Part shown: positions 9,589 through 18,811 of the stretch, piece by piece
Numbering within the stretch: position 1 is the first letter of the stretch
Layout: each line of letters opens with the position of its first letter
DNA from: Gemmatimonadaceae bacterium
Lineage (GTDB): Bacteria > Gemmatimonadota > Gemmatimonadetes > Gemmatimonadales > Gemmatimonadaceae
Length of the DNA stretch: 64,000 nucleotides
Reading direction: 5' to 3'
NCBI GenBank assembly: GCA_035496295.1
Contig: DATJET010000199.1
Coordinates: forward strand, 8-64,007
Translations under genes and position numbers: made by a program
The notes under the pieces: generated by a model
Databases searched by the model: none
Told to the model about the DNA's origin: nothing
Seen by the model: only the letters and a program-made list of their open reading frames with translations

Positions 9589-10637
9589 CGCGAGCTGTTC
9601 CGGATGTGCGAGTCCCAGTACTGCATCCACTCGTCGAGATGCTGTTCGAGCATCGCACGATCGAGCGGCATGGGTTTGATCTGTGCGCGGGCCTCGCGAA
9701 TCCACGGCGGAAGCGAGTCCGCCGGAATGTCGGTGCGCACGGGAATGCGGTAGAAGCGGTCCGCGGCATCGATCAAGGCGCGCTCGGACGTCACGAACTC
9801 GTAGTACGCTCGCGCGATCGCGGGCTGCTTGGCGCCCTTTACGATCGCGATCGCGTCGACCAGGAGGGGCGTCCCGCTGGTCGGTATCGTGTATTTCACC
9901 GGGATGTGGTATCGATCGCGCAGCATCGCCAGGTCCGGCATGTCGAACAGCGTGATCAATCCTTCCTGGCGGCCGAGCTTCTGGTACAGAATCGTCGGGT
10001 TGAGGGTGTACTCCTTGGTTTGCGCGTCGAGCCGCTTGAGCCAGTCGTAGCCTTGGTTAGGCGAGCCCGTCTCGCGAATGCTGCGCAAAATGATGCCGCC
10101 GAAGATCGCGCGCATGCTGCCCGACGCGATCGGATCGCGGATCAGCACCTTGCCCTTCCACTTCGGATCCAGGACATCGTCCCAGTCTTTGGGCGCGGCC
10201 GAATCGCTCACCGCCTGGCTGTTGTAGCCGATCACTTCGGGCGTGAGGTAGGTCCCGTACCAGAGGTCGTTCGGGTCGTGGCTGTCGGCCGGAACGGCGT
10301 TCGCCCACGTCGGATGATACGGGGCGAGGAGTCCCTCGCGACCCGCGCGCTCGAAGATTTCCTCGGGCGCGCCGAACCAGACATCGGCCTGCGGGTTCGC
10401 TTTCTCGCTGCGCAGGCGATCGATGATGTCCTGCGATCCCATGTCCACGGACTGCACGTCGACATCGGGATGCGCGGCCTCGAATTCTTTCTCGTAAAAC
10501 GAGAGGAGATCGTTGCCGTGCGGCGAATACACGGTGAGCACCGTGCGATGCGGTCCCCGTTGGCACGCCGCGAGCACGAGCGACGCCAGTACCGCGCCGG
10601 CCAGTTGCGCAACGCGCCGCCGCGGCACGGGCATCAC
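9585..10637 (-). CDS. Periplasmic substrate-binding protein, SBP family 1 (Fe3+/polyamine/thiamine-like); lipoprotein
   Basis: Lipobox LAAC followed by TVYSPHG...ANPQADVWFGAP, typical of FbpA/PotD-class binding proteins. Its start overlaps the PIG-L gene stop (GTGATG). The ligand cannot be assigned from the sequence. Confidence 0.7.
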   Translation of the reverse strand: MMPVPRRRVAQLAGAVLASLVLAACQRGPHRTVLTVYSPHGNDLLSFYEKEFEAAHPDVDVQSVDMGSQDIIDRLRSEKANPQADVWFGAPEEIFERAGREGLLAPYHPTWANAVPADSHDPNDLWYGTYLTPEVIGYNSQAVSDSAAPKDWDDVLDPKWKGKVLIRDPIASGSMRAIFGGIILRSIRETGSPNQGYDWLKRLDAQTKEYTLNPTILYQKLGRQEGLITLFDMPDLAMLRDRYHIPVKYTIPTSGTPLLVDAIAIVKGAKQPAIARAYYEFVTSERALIDAADRFYRIPVRTDIPADSLPPWIREARAQIKPMPLDRAMLEQHLDEWMQYWDSHIRNSSR

Positions 10638-13249
10638 TGCGGCGTCTGTGCGCCGTCCGCGGCGCCGACCGCGCGCGGCGCCTCACCCACGCCTAACAGG
10701 TTGAGGAAGAGCCGCGACGCGCCGGGGTTGCCCGCCGGCAGCTGGCGGAACAGCGACAACGTGGTGTACACGTACATGCCCGCGCCCAACCGCGTCTCGA
10801 GGATCGCGCCCGAGTTGGGCGGCTCGTTGGGATCATTCATCGAGAGCGGCGTCGTGTAATGCGAATCGATGGTCGACGGCATGTACAAGGACCGCTCCTG
10901 CACCCATCCCGTCCAATCGTCCGCGGTGATGCGGTTGGGCCACGTGAGGACCGGGTCGTTAGGCACGAGAATCCGCACCGGCGCGTTTTCGTCGGTCACC
11001 CGGTTGGCCGGACGCGACAGCGAAATCGGATATGGCAGGCGCCCCGGTGCTGTCATCTCGTACTGGCCGTACTGCACCACCATGGTACCGCCATGCCGCA
11101 CCCAGTCGAGGAGCCGCGCATTGGCGGACGCGAGCTCCGGATGCGCCTCATAGGCACGCGTGCCGATCACCAAGGCGGTAAACCGAGACAGATCGACGGT
11201 CGCCAAGCGCGCCGGATCGATCACCGTGAGCGGAACGCCTAACTCCTGGAGCATGGGCGCCACGTTGTCACCCACGCCGCGCACGTACGCCACGTCGAGG
11301 CGCGGCGGCAGCGTCGCATCCACCGCCTCCAGCGTCAGCGCGGCGCGACGATACAGTTTCTGCGGACGAATGTGCGAGTACTCGATCGGCTGATATCCAA
11401 TCGCATACGTGTTGCCACCGCTGCGCGCGTCCGCGGCAATCTCGTAATGGCCGGGCGTGAGCTGACCGGTGATCGAGAACGACACTGTCGCAGTGGCGTC
11501 GAATCCGCTGAGATGGGCGGTGCGCGAGCTCGAATCAGCGTGCAGTCCTGCAGGCAACGTCAACGACACCTGCACATCGCGCGGCTCCGTCACGCCGGAC
11601 GTCACGTGGACCTGCACAGTGCGGTCGAGCGGGGTGTTCGCGCGCGCGAGCTCCACCGTACGATCGAGCGTCACCGCGACCGCCGGCACCACCATGAGCG
11701 GCCGTTCGACGGCGCCTCGTACCGGGTCACCGTAGCGGCGGACCACAGGCACCTCGGTCACGACCCGGCCACCGTCCAATGCAACGCGGACGCGAATACC
11801 CGCGTCGCGCACATCGTCGGAGCGACCATCGATCGGCACGCTGAACATGTCGCCCCGCCGCGGTGTGGCCAGCCACCACGGTTGCGACAGCGAATCGCCG
11901 CGCACGTAGACCGTATCCGTGTGCGCGCTGTCGGGCGCGACCGCAGTTTCGTGACCGGCCGACGACGACCCGGCCCCGCGAGTCCGTGCGGCGGCCATCG
12001 CCGAGGGCGACTCAACGGACACGCGCCCGGTACCACGGTTGTAGGTGGTCACCTCGACCGGAATCGAGTCGCCTAACGCGACCTCGTCGCGCTGCACCGT
12101 GGCCTCGATGGCGACGCCGCGCGCCATCAGCAGGGCGCGCGTCACGCGCTGGAGGCCGTCGGTGACCGACACCGACACATCGCCGTTCATGGACTGCGGC
12201 GCCGCTTGTGCGTCGGCGGCAAGTTGCGCGAGAGCGGCGTGCGCGCGCTCCAGGGCGGGCACGCCGGTGCTCGGATTGTACAGGCTGAGCGAGCGCCGCG
12301 CCTCCGCCGTCGCGGCGACGAGTCGTTCCACCGCAGCCTTATCGGCCGGCCGGCTGACTAACGGAAGCAGCCGGCGCCACGTGGTGTCGATGCCATCGAA
12401 GATCGAACGCTCCCGCTTCGCATCGGCGGGCGCCCGCTGGGCTCGCGACGCTTCCCGGGCGAGCGAGCCCGTCTGCGCACCGAGCCGCGCGACCACACCG
12501 AACCCTTGCGACTTGTGCTGCGACCGGCTTTCGGCGGCGATCTCGGCGAATGACTTGCCTAACACAGGGTCGAGTCCGCCTGCATTGTAGGTGAACGTTG
12601 CCCCTTCGCCGTTGAAATAGGATCGTGCACGATAGAATTTCAGTGGCGCCCAGGCGCCGTACCCTGCCGTCGCCGATCGCGGAAACCGCACCGTGTCCAT
12701 CGCCGCGTCGTACGCTTCGCGGGCGACGATGCCGGCCACTTGGTGCTGCCCATGCCCATCGCGCGGTGTGCCCGAGAACACGGACACGATCACCTGTGGC
12801 CGGAACGCGCGGACCACCGTCACCACATCCTGGAGCACCGAGTCGTGCGGCCAGTGCTGGAAGGACTCCGCGCTCGTCTTGGAGAAGCCGAAATCGTACG
12901 CGCGCGTGAAGTACTGATGGGCGCCGTCGATCCGGCGCGCGGCCAGCAGCTCCTCGGTGCGAATGACGCCTAACGCGTCGCCGAGCTCGTCGCCAATGAG
13001 GTTCTGGCCGCCGTCGCCCCGCGTGAGCGAGAGGTAGGCGACGTCGACGTGGTGGCCCCGCGTGAGCCACGTGATGAGACGGGTGTCTTCGTCATCCGGG
13101 TGGGCGCCGATCACGAGGACTCGCACCGAAACCGGCAACCCTTCCACGAGTTGACCGAGCGCGGCGGCGCCGCGGTCTTGCGCCTGCAAAGGATGCAGGG
13201 CTCCCGCGGCGATCAGGACAAGAGCGACGATGGCGTGGCGTACGTGCAT
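10634..13249 (-). CDS. Large secreted PIG-L/LmbE-family deacetylase
   Basis: Signal peptide, then VIGAHPDDED...YLSLTRGDGGQN...HGQH (the PIG-L zinc-site pattern). Long beta-rich middle region and a GATase1-like C-terminal domain. Confidence 0.75.
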   Translation of the reverse strand: MHVRHAIVALVLIAAGALHPLQAQDRGAAALGQLVEGLPVSVRVLVIGAHPDDEDTRLITWLTRGHHVDVAYLSLTRGDGGQNLIGDELGDALGVIRTEELLAARRIDGAHQYFTRAYDFGFSKTSAESFQHWPHDSVLQDVVTVVRAFRPQVIVSVFSGTPRDGHGQHQVAGIVAREAYDAAMDTVRFPRSATAGYGAWAPLKFYRARSYFNGEGATFTYNAGGLDPVLGKSFAEIAAESRSQHKSQGFGVVARLGAQTGSLAREASRAQRAPADAKRERSIFDGIDTTWRRLLPLVSRPADKAAVERLVAATAEARRSLSLYNPSTGVPALERAHAALAQLAADAQAAPQSMNGDVSVSVTDGLQRVTRALLMARGVAIEATVQRDEVALGDSIPVEVTTYNRGTGRVSVESPSAMAAARTRGAGSSSAGHETAVAPDSAHTDTVYVRGDSLSQPWWLATPRRGDMFSVPIDGRSDDVRDAGIRVRVALDGGRVVTEVPVVRRYGDPVRGAVERPLMVVPAVAVTLDRTVELARANTPLDRTVQVHVTSGVTEPRDVQVSLTLPAGLHADSSSRTAHLSGFDATATVSFSITGQLTPGHYEIAADARSGGNTYAIGYQPIEYSHIRPQKLYRRAALTLEAVDATLPPRLDVAYVRGVGDNVAPMLQELGVPLTVIDPARLATVDLSRFTALVIGTRAYEAHPELASANARLLDWVRHGGTMVVQYGQYEMTAPGRLPYPISLSRPANRVTDENAPVRILVPNDPVLTWPNRITADDWTGWVQERSLYMPSTIDSHYTTPLSMNDPNEPPNSGAILETRLGAGMYVYTTLSLFRQLPAGNPGASRLFLNLLGVGEAPRAVGAADGAQTPQ

Positions 13250-13309
13250 AGATCCGAGGCACTGGGTGATGAACGAGCGCCGCCACCGTGCGGCCGTGCC
13301 GGCCGCCGT

Positions 13310-16099
13310 CTAACGGACGCGCACCGGCGCCGAGCCCCGCGCCGCTCCGGCCGCGCCGACCGGATCGGGTACGGCGAGAGCGTCGGTGACGATTTTCGTC
13401 TGCTGTTCCGTGTGAGAAGTTGCGTAGCCCTCAGCGGGACTCGCGCGCTCCGGACGACCAATGTATCGAATCGGCAGCGTGTTCCCGACCGCCGCGCGCA
13501 ACCGCGGTGCCACGAACGACCAGGCACCCATGTTCTTCGGCTCTTCCTGCGCCCATACCACTTCCTCGAGCGCCGGATACCGGTCGATCACACGCGCGAT
13601 CTCCTCGTGCGGCCATGGATACAGCTCTTCGATGCGCGCCAGCGCGATGGCCCCGTTCTTCGCGGCCTGTCCAGCGAGATCATAGTAGAGCTTGCCGGTG
13701 CACAGCACCACGCGTCGAACGTGCTCGATCTCCTGCGTCGCTGAGTCGATCACCGGCCGGAACCGGCCCGACGACAGGTCCGACAGATGCGACGCGGCTT
13801 GCGGCAGACGCAACAAGCTCTTCGGCTGCATGAGCACGAGCGGGCGCCGGTCGCTCGCCATCGCCTGACGACGCAAGATGTGGAAATACTGCGCCGGTGT
13901 CGTCGGATACGCGATGCGCATATTGTTCTCGGCGGCCAGCTGCAGAAAGCGCTCGAGCCGAGCGCTCGAATGCTCCGGTCCTCCGCCCTCGTAGCCGTGC
14001 GGCAGGAGCAGCACGACGCCCGAGTCTTGTCCCCACTTTGCGCGGTCCGACGCGATGAACTGATCGATGATCGGTTGCGCGACGTTGGCAAAATCGCCGA
14101 ACTGCGCTTCCCACATCACGAGCGTCTGCGGCGCAGCGACGCTGTAGCCGTACTCGAACGCGAGAACGGCCATCTCCGAGAGCGGCGAGTTGTACACCTC
14201 GAAGCGTCCGGTGGCGCCAGGGAGGTGCTGCAACGGCGCGTACGAGGTCCCGTGCTCGTAGTCGTGCAACACCGCTTGTCGGTGGGAGAACGTGCCGCGC
14301 TCGCTATCCTGACCTGTGAGACGGACGGCAACACCTTGCATGAGCAACGATCCTAACGCCAGCGCCTCGGCGTGACCCCAGTCGATGCCCCCGGCCTCGC
14401 CTAACGCAGCACGCCGCCGCTCGAGCAGCTTCGCCAGCTTGGGGAGCGGCTTGAAGTCGGACGGCCAGGTGAGCAGGCGTTCGTTCACGGACCGCAGCGC
14501 ATCCGGCCGCACACTCGTGTCGACTGCCGCGAGGTCGGGCGCCGCGGCGTGATGGCCGTTTCCATTCTCCGCGGGCGCCGGCGCCGCCTTCACCTGCGTG
14601 AGGACACGGTCGAATGCGGCCTGTACCTCGGCGTCGAGCGCCTTGGCATCGCCGTCGCTCAGCAAACCCTCGCGCACCAACCGTGCAGCCCACACTTCGC
14701 GCGGCGTTGGATGCGAGTGAATGGCCGCGTAGAGCAACGGCTGCGTGAATGCCGGCTCGTCGGTCTCGTTATGCCCGTGGCGCCGATAGCCCACCAAATC
14801 GATCAGAAAATCCTTGCCGAACCGCGCTCGGTAGGCGAGACCGAGCCACACGGCTGCGATGCACGCCTCGGCATCGTCGCCGTTCACGTGCACGATCGGC
14901 ACCTCGAAGCCCTTGGCGAGGTCGCTCGCATAGTAGGTCGAGCGACCATCGCGCGGATCGGTGGTGAACCCGACCTGGTTATTCGAGATGATGTGCAGCG
15001 TGCCGCCGGTGCGGTACCCGCGCAGGTACGACAGGTTGAAGGTCTCGGCTACGACGCCTTCGCCCGGGAACGCCGCGTCGCCGTGCACGAGCACGGGGAG
15101 CACACTCGCCTCGTTAGGCGACACATCTCCGCTCGTGCTCTCGGACCGCGCTTGTTGGAGCGCGCGCGACAGGCCTTCCACAACCGGATTCACCATCTCG
15201 AGGTGACTCGGGTTCGGCAGCAGCACCACGTGCACCGACTCGCCGGTCGAGAGGTCGCGCACCGTGCGGGCGCCGAGGTGGTACTTGACGTCGCCGGTGT
15301 CGTTAGGCGCGGACGTACTCGCGTGCTTGCCCTCGAAGTCCTCGAAGATCGCCGCGACCGGCTTGTCGAGCACGTGTGTGAGCACGTTGATCCGCCCGCG
15401 GTGCGCCATGCCGATCACGACCTCCTGCGCGCCCGCGCGAGCGGCTCCATCGATCGCGGCGTCGAGCATCGGGACGAGCGCATCGGTGCCCTCGATCGAG
15501 AACCGCTTGTAGCCCTGGTAGGCCAGGCCGAGGAACCGCTCGAGGCCATCGACTTCGGTTAGGCGACGCAGGACCGCTTTCTTCTCGTCCGCGCTGAGCG
15601 TTCGGCGCATCTCGCCGCCTTCGATGGCGCGGCGGAACCAGTCGCGCTCCGCCTCTTCCTCGATGTGCTCGAACTCGAAGCCGATCGAAGACGAATAGAT
15701 CCGGCGCAGGCGCGCGACCGCCGCTGCCGCCGTGTTCTCCTCGGCAAAGCCGAGTGCAGCGCCGGGAATCGTCTCCAGATCCGCGCTCGAGATGCCGTGA
15801 AACTCGGGCTTGAGCTCGGCCGCGCTGAGCGGTGGACTGCCGAGTGGGTCGAGCTGCACGTCCAGATGTCCGTACTGCCTGATCGCCTGAACCAGAGCGG
15901 CAGCGCCGGCCACTTTGCGTAGATACGCGGGATCGTGTGCGCCGGCCGGCGCGCCGGTCCCGGCTCCAGCAAGGCTTTGGGCGACCGAAAAGAACTGCCG
16001 CCACGACGAATCGACGGATGCGGGATCGCGGAGAAACGACTCGTACAACCCGGCGATGTAGCCGTCGTTGAACGCGCTCGTGATCGGGAGAGAACTCAT
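13310..16099 (-). CDS. sucA: 2-oxoglutarate dehydrogenase E1 component
   Basis: 929 aa from MSSLPITSAFNDGYIAGLYESFLRDP, with GMAHRGRINVL, LVHGDAAFPGEG and PHGYEGGGPEHSS. The longer track ORF is an upstream extension. Confidence 0.9.
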   Translation of the reverse strand: MSSLPITSAFNDGYIAGLYESFLRDPASVDSSWRQFFSVAQSLAGAGTGAPAGAHDPAYLRKVAGAAALVQAIRQYGHLDVQLDPLGSPPLSAAELKPEFHGISSADLETIPGAALGFAEENTAAAAVARLRRIYSSSIGFEFEHIEEEAERDWFRRAIEGGEMRRTLSADEKKAVLRRLTEVDGLERFLGLAYQGYKRFSIEGTDALVPMLDAAIDGAARAGAQEVVIGMAHRGRINVLTHVLDKPVAAIFEDFEGKHASTSAPNDTGDVKYHLGARTVRDLSTGESVHVVLLPNPSHLEMVNPVVEGLSRALQQARSESTSGDVSPNEASVLPVLVHGDAAFPGEGVVAETFNLSYLRGYRTGGTLHIISNNQVGFTTDPRDGRSTYYASDLAKGFEVPIVHVNGDDAEACIAAVWLGLAYRARFGKDFLIDLVGYRRHGHNETDEPAFTQPLLYAAIHSHPTPREVWAARLVREGLLSDGDAKALDAEVQAAFDRVLTQVKAAPAPAENGNGHHAAAPDLAAVDTSVRPDALRSVNERLLTWPSDFKPLPKLAKLLERRRAALGEAGGIDWGHAEALALGSLLMQGVAVRLTGQDSERGTFSHRQAVLHDYEHGTSYAPLQHLPGATGRFEVYNSPLSEMAVLAFEYGYSVAAPQTLVMWEAQFGDFANVAQPIIDQFIASDRAKWGQDSGVVLLLPHGYEGGGPEHSSARLERFLQLAAENNMRIAYPTTPAQYFHILRRQAMASDRRPLVLMQPKSLLRLPQAASHLSDLSSGRFRPVIDSATQEIEHVRRVVLCTGKLYYDLAGQAAKNGAIALARIEELYPWPHEEIARVIDRYPALEEVVWAQEEPKNMGAWSFVAPRLRAAVGNTLPIRYIGRPERASPAEGYATSHTEQQTKIVTDALAVPDPVGAAGAARGSAPVRVR

Positions 16100-16364
16100 G
16101 GAGCCGAAATGTATAGAAAGGAAACGTCGGGCGGGATAACCGGATGGCGATGCGAAATGTGCAGGGCTCTCAGCCACGGGAGTAGTTCGGTCCGCCGTGC
16201 AACGATGTGGTCTCTCCAACCCCGCTGGCGCCTTTACCTTGGCCCCAATCGATCGTCAAGGCCACGTAGGGCCGTTGGCGAAACGGACTGGCGGCGCGGA
16301 TAGACCACGTTTGCCGAGTACCAAGGCGTGGAGATCAGGGGCGGCGGTGGAAAGGTGCGGAGCC

Positions 16365-16393
16365 GTTGCAATTCACCATGCAGGTTGCAATTC
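16365..16393 (+). promoter_or_regulatory. Direct repeat GTTGCAATTC-N9-GTTGCAATTC, candidate enhancer (bEBP/PilR-like) site upstream of the pilA sigma54 promoter
   Basis: Two identical 10-mers at 16365-16374 and 16384-16393, lying about 85-110 nt upstream of the -24 element. Confidence 0.35.
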
Positions 16394-16474
16394 GCTACCG
16401 CAAAACCACCCACAAAGCTTCGAATACACTGCATAAGTCGTTGTAGAACAACAGCTTATCTGAACAGCCGAAGC

Positions 16475-16490
16475 TGGCACCTACCCTGCT
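16475..16490 (+). promoter_or_regulatory. Sigma54 (-24/-12) promoter for pilA
   Basis: TGGCAC-ctacc-CTGCT compared with the consensus TGGCAC-N5-TTGCW. It lies about 78 nt upstream of the pilA ATG. Type IVa pilin genes are classically sigma54-dependent. Confidence 0.6.
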
Positions 16491-16567
16491 TTACTCCCTG
16501 GCTGAACCCACGCTGTCACCGAGTCGCGAGGTTGCTCGCGAACAACTGATCCCGGAGGATCACTCTC

Positions 16568-16954
16568 ATGCGCTTCACCGGAAAGAAGGGCTTCACGCTG
16601 ATCGAGCTGCTGATCGTTGTGGTCATCATCGGCATCCTCGCGGCGATCGCGATTCCGAAGTTCGCGAGCACGAAGGAGAAGGCGTATATCGCGTCGATGA
16701 AGTCGGACTTGAAGAACCTGGCGACGTCCGAGGAGGCGTACTACTCGGATAAGAACAGCTACTCGACCGACACGACCGCGTTGAACTTCAACACCTCGAC
16801 CGGCAACGTCCTCACGATCACGTCAACGGCGCTCACGACGGGCTGGGCCGGCAGCATCACCAACCCGCGCGTGACCAGCATCACGGGCTGCAAGATCGGC
16901 ACGGGCGCGGACACCACCGGTATCGGCGTCGAAGGCGTGGTGGTCTGCCAGTAA
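16568..16954 (+). CDS. pilA: Type IV pilin (major pilin, PilA-like)
   Basis: Prepilin leader MRFTGKKG followed by FTLIELLIVVVIIGILAAIAIPKF (N-methylation motif). C-terminal Cys pair C...C. RBS GGAGGA at 16554-16559. Confidence 0.9.
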   Translation: MRFTGKKGFTLIELLIVVVIIGILAAIAIPKFASTKEKAYIASMKSDLKNLATSEEAYYSDKNSYSTDTTALNFNTSTGNVLTITSTALTTGWAGSITNPRVTSITGCKIGTGADTTGIGVEGVVVCQ

Positions 16955-16976
16955 GGTTGCTTCGCAGCATGAGAGA

Positions 16977-17010
16977 ACGGGCCAGGCGAAAGCCTGGTCC
17001 GTTTTCTTTT
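16977..17010 (+). terminator. Rho-independent terminator after pilA (may also serve the convergent gene)
   Basis: 11-bp stem ACGGGCCAGGC/GCCTGGTCCGT (one G-U pair), GAAA tetraloop, then a TTTTCTTTT tail. Confidence 0.7.
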
Positions 17011-17021
17011 CCCCCCAGTGC

Positions 17022-17519
17022 TCACGGCGGTCCCTGGGTGTGTCGCGCCGTGAGCGCGTTCGTCACCCGCTCCACGGTTGCGTCGTTAGGCGTGACGAGG
17101 ATCGCGATGAGGTTGCCGGAGAGGATGTAGTGCGGCGTGTCGAGTGTCGGCATGCCATGCAGCGTCGTGTCGAGGCCAGACGCGTCGCGCGTGCGTGCTC
17201 CGCGTCCTGAGTAGATGTACACGGTCAGTGTGCCTCGCCCGAGATGAAGCACGTGACCCACTTCGTGAAGCTCCGGCCGGTGCACGGTTTGCCCCGAGTC
17301 GGCGATCGCGAGTCCCGCCTCGCGCACGCGGCGCATCACTTCAGGCACCGACCACGCATCGCGCGCCAGCGCGACGCTGTCAGCAGGCTGGATCTCCGCT
17401 GCGGGTATGCCCGTTTGTGGGGGTGTATTCCCAGCGCGCGAGGATGACCCCTCGCTGTGCCCACACGCGACGACTGCGAATGCCAACGACATCGCGCATC
17501 GCGAGGACACCCGAGTCAT
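17022..17519 (-). CDS. Hypothetical lipoprotein
   Basis: Start MTRVSSRCAMSLAFAVVACGHSEG (lipobox VVAC). I recognise no family. It lies 10 nt downstream of the preceding gene. Confidence 0.5.
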   Translation of the reverse strand: MTRVSSRCAMSLAFAVVACGHSEGSSSRAGNTPPQTGIPAAEIQPADSVALARDAWSVPEVMRRVREAGLAIADSGQTVHRPELHEVGHVLHLGRGTLTVYIYSGRGARTRDASGLDTTLHGMPTLDTPHYILSGNLIAILVTPNDATVERVTNALTARHTQGPP

Positions 17520-17529
17520 GTGCACGTGG

Positions 17530-17943
17530 TCAGTCTTCGCGCACCACTCGCAACGGAACTTCCATATCGCGGGCGCGCTGCCGTGCCGACCTCGTCGTGG
17601 CATCGAGCACGGTCCGCTCGACCACGGCGCTGTCGACCGCGGGCAGGTACAGGAATCCGGCGATCGTGCGTCCGTCGACCAGGTGGGCTTCTTCGGGTCG
17701 ACGCGTGAGACTCACGGCGACAATCGGCAGATCGTCGCGGCCGGGTCCGCGCTGCCATTCGTGGCGAGGAGCTGTCGCCAGCAAATCGTAATCACAGATC
17801 ACCACGTCCGGCCGCGCGAGGCGCGACGCATCCATTCCTTCACGCAGGCCGATCACCGATTCGCACTCGATGCCGGCGCTTCGCATGATCGAGCAGATGT
17901 GTTCACCCAAAAAAACGTGCCGCGAGATGCAGACAGCGCGCAT
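17530..17943 (-). CDS. Receiver-like (pseudo-receiver) single-domain protein
   Basis: The beta-alpha pattern MRAVCIS...PDVVICDYDL...PIVAVS...GFLYLP resembles CheY. It lacks the N-terminal acidic pair and the conserved Lys. Confidence 0.4.
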   Translation of the reverse strand: MRAVCISRHVFLGEHICSIMRSAGIECESVIGLREGMDASRLARPDVVICDYDLLATAPRHEWQRGPGRDDLPIVAVSLTRRPEEAHLVDGRTIAGFLYLPAVDSAVVERTVLDATTRSARQRARDMEVPLRVVRED

Positions 17944-18065
17944 AGTGCGGCAATATAGCGACGATTGCCGCGGCCATCGTCCGAGTTGTGAAACAGAGTT
18001 TTCACCGCCGCGAGTCGATCCGGCGGGGCGGGCAGTGCGCCCGCCCGTCAGTTTGCGATTGCTCG

Positions 18066-18737
18066 CTACGACGCGTAGCAGTAGGTACAACCGTGTTCCT
18101 GCGCGCGGTTCACACCCCAGACACCGCTCGGCAGCAGCGTGAACCCGGGAATGAGCCCGGCCACCCATTCTTGTTTCGCGGTGGCTTTGTCGACACCGAT
18201 GGCGTCGGCGCGCATCCCGCTGTAGACGGTCAGCGCGACGTTGCAACAGCCAAACGTCACGCCGCGCTGCATCAGTTTCTCGATCGCCATACCGGGGAAC
18301 ATCAACTCGCCTTCCTTCGCGTTGTAAAACGGATTGCGCTCGGCGGGCGCTTTCGTTCCCGGATCGTTGATCTTGAACGCCTCACCGAGCTTGTACTTCT
18401 TCCAGATCGGGTCGGTAAACGCGAGCGGAATCGCCTCGTGGCGCATGACCACGACTGCACTCAGGTCGCCATCCGCCAGGTTGCTCGACGCCTTGTTGGT
18501 GTCGAGGAAGATCATCGACCAGACGAGCGAGAAGCCGTTGTTCCAGCTGACGGCGTCGTAGATCTGGCGGTGTTTGCCGTGCACGTCAGGCCACTTCTCG
18601 ACGTCCGGGGACGCCGCATCGACGGCCGCGTTCAGCCGCTCGGGCAGCGCGCCGCCCAAGCCTAACGCGATGGATGCGGCAGCGACCTTGCCCAGAAAGT
18701 CCCGGCGGGGCGTGGCCGAGGAAGAGTCATCGATCAT
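18066..18737 (-). CDS. Tat-exported protein, tentatively DsrE/DsrF-like fold
   Basis: ATG 18737 is preceded by AGGAGG. Twin-arginine signal SATPRRDFLGKVAAASIALG. The GVTFGCCNVAL segment is reminiscent of the DsrE family. The function call is weak. Confidence 0.4.
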   Translation of the reverse strand: MIDDSSSATPRRDFLGKVAAASIALGLGGALPERLNAAVDAASPDVEKWPDVHGKHRQIYDAVSWNNGFSLVWSMIFLDTNKASSNLADGDLSAVVVMRHEAIPLAFTDPIWKKYKLGEAFKINDPGTKAPAERNPFYNAKEGELMFPGMAIEKLMQRGVTFGCCNVALTVYSGMRADAIGVDKATAKQEWVAGLIPGFTLLPSGVWGVNRAQEHGCTYCYAS

Positions 18738-18811
18738 GTGCTGCCTCCTGAGTCGGGTTGGTATCCGGAGAAGCGGGGTGGCGGCAGGTGCTTGTACAAC
18801 GCCGCGCGTCG

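Noticed and set aside
16524-16541. A 7-bp hairpin TCGCGAG-GTTG-CTCGCGA in the pilA 5' UTR.
   Set aside because: It is short, with no flanking conservation that I can assess. It may be incidental.
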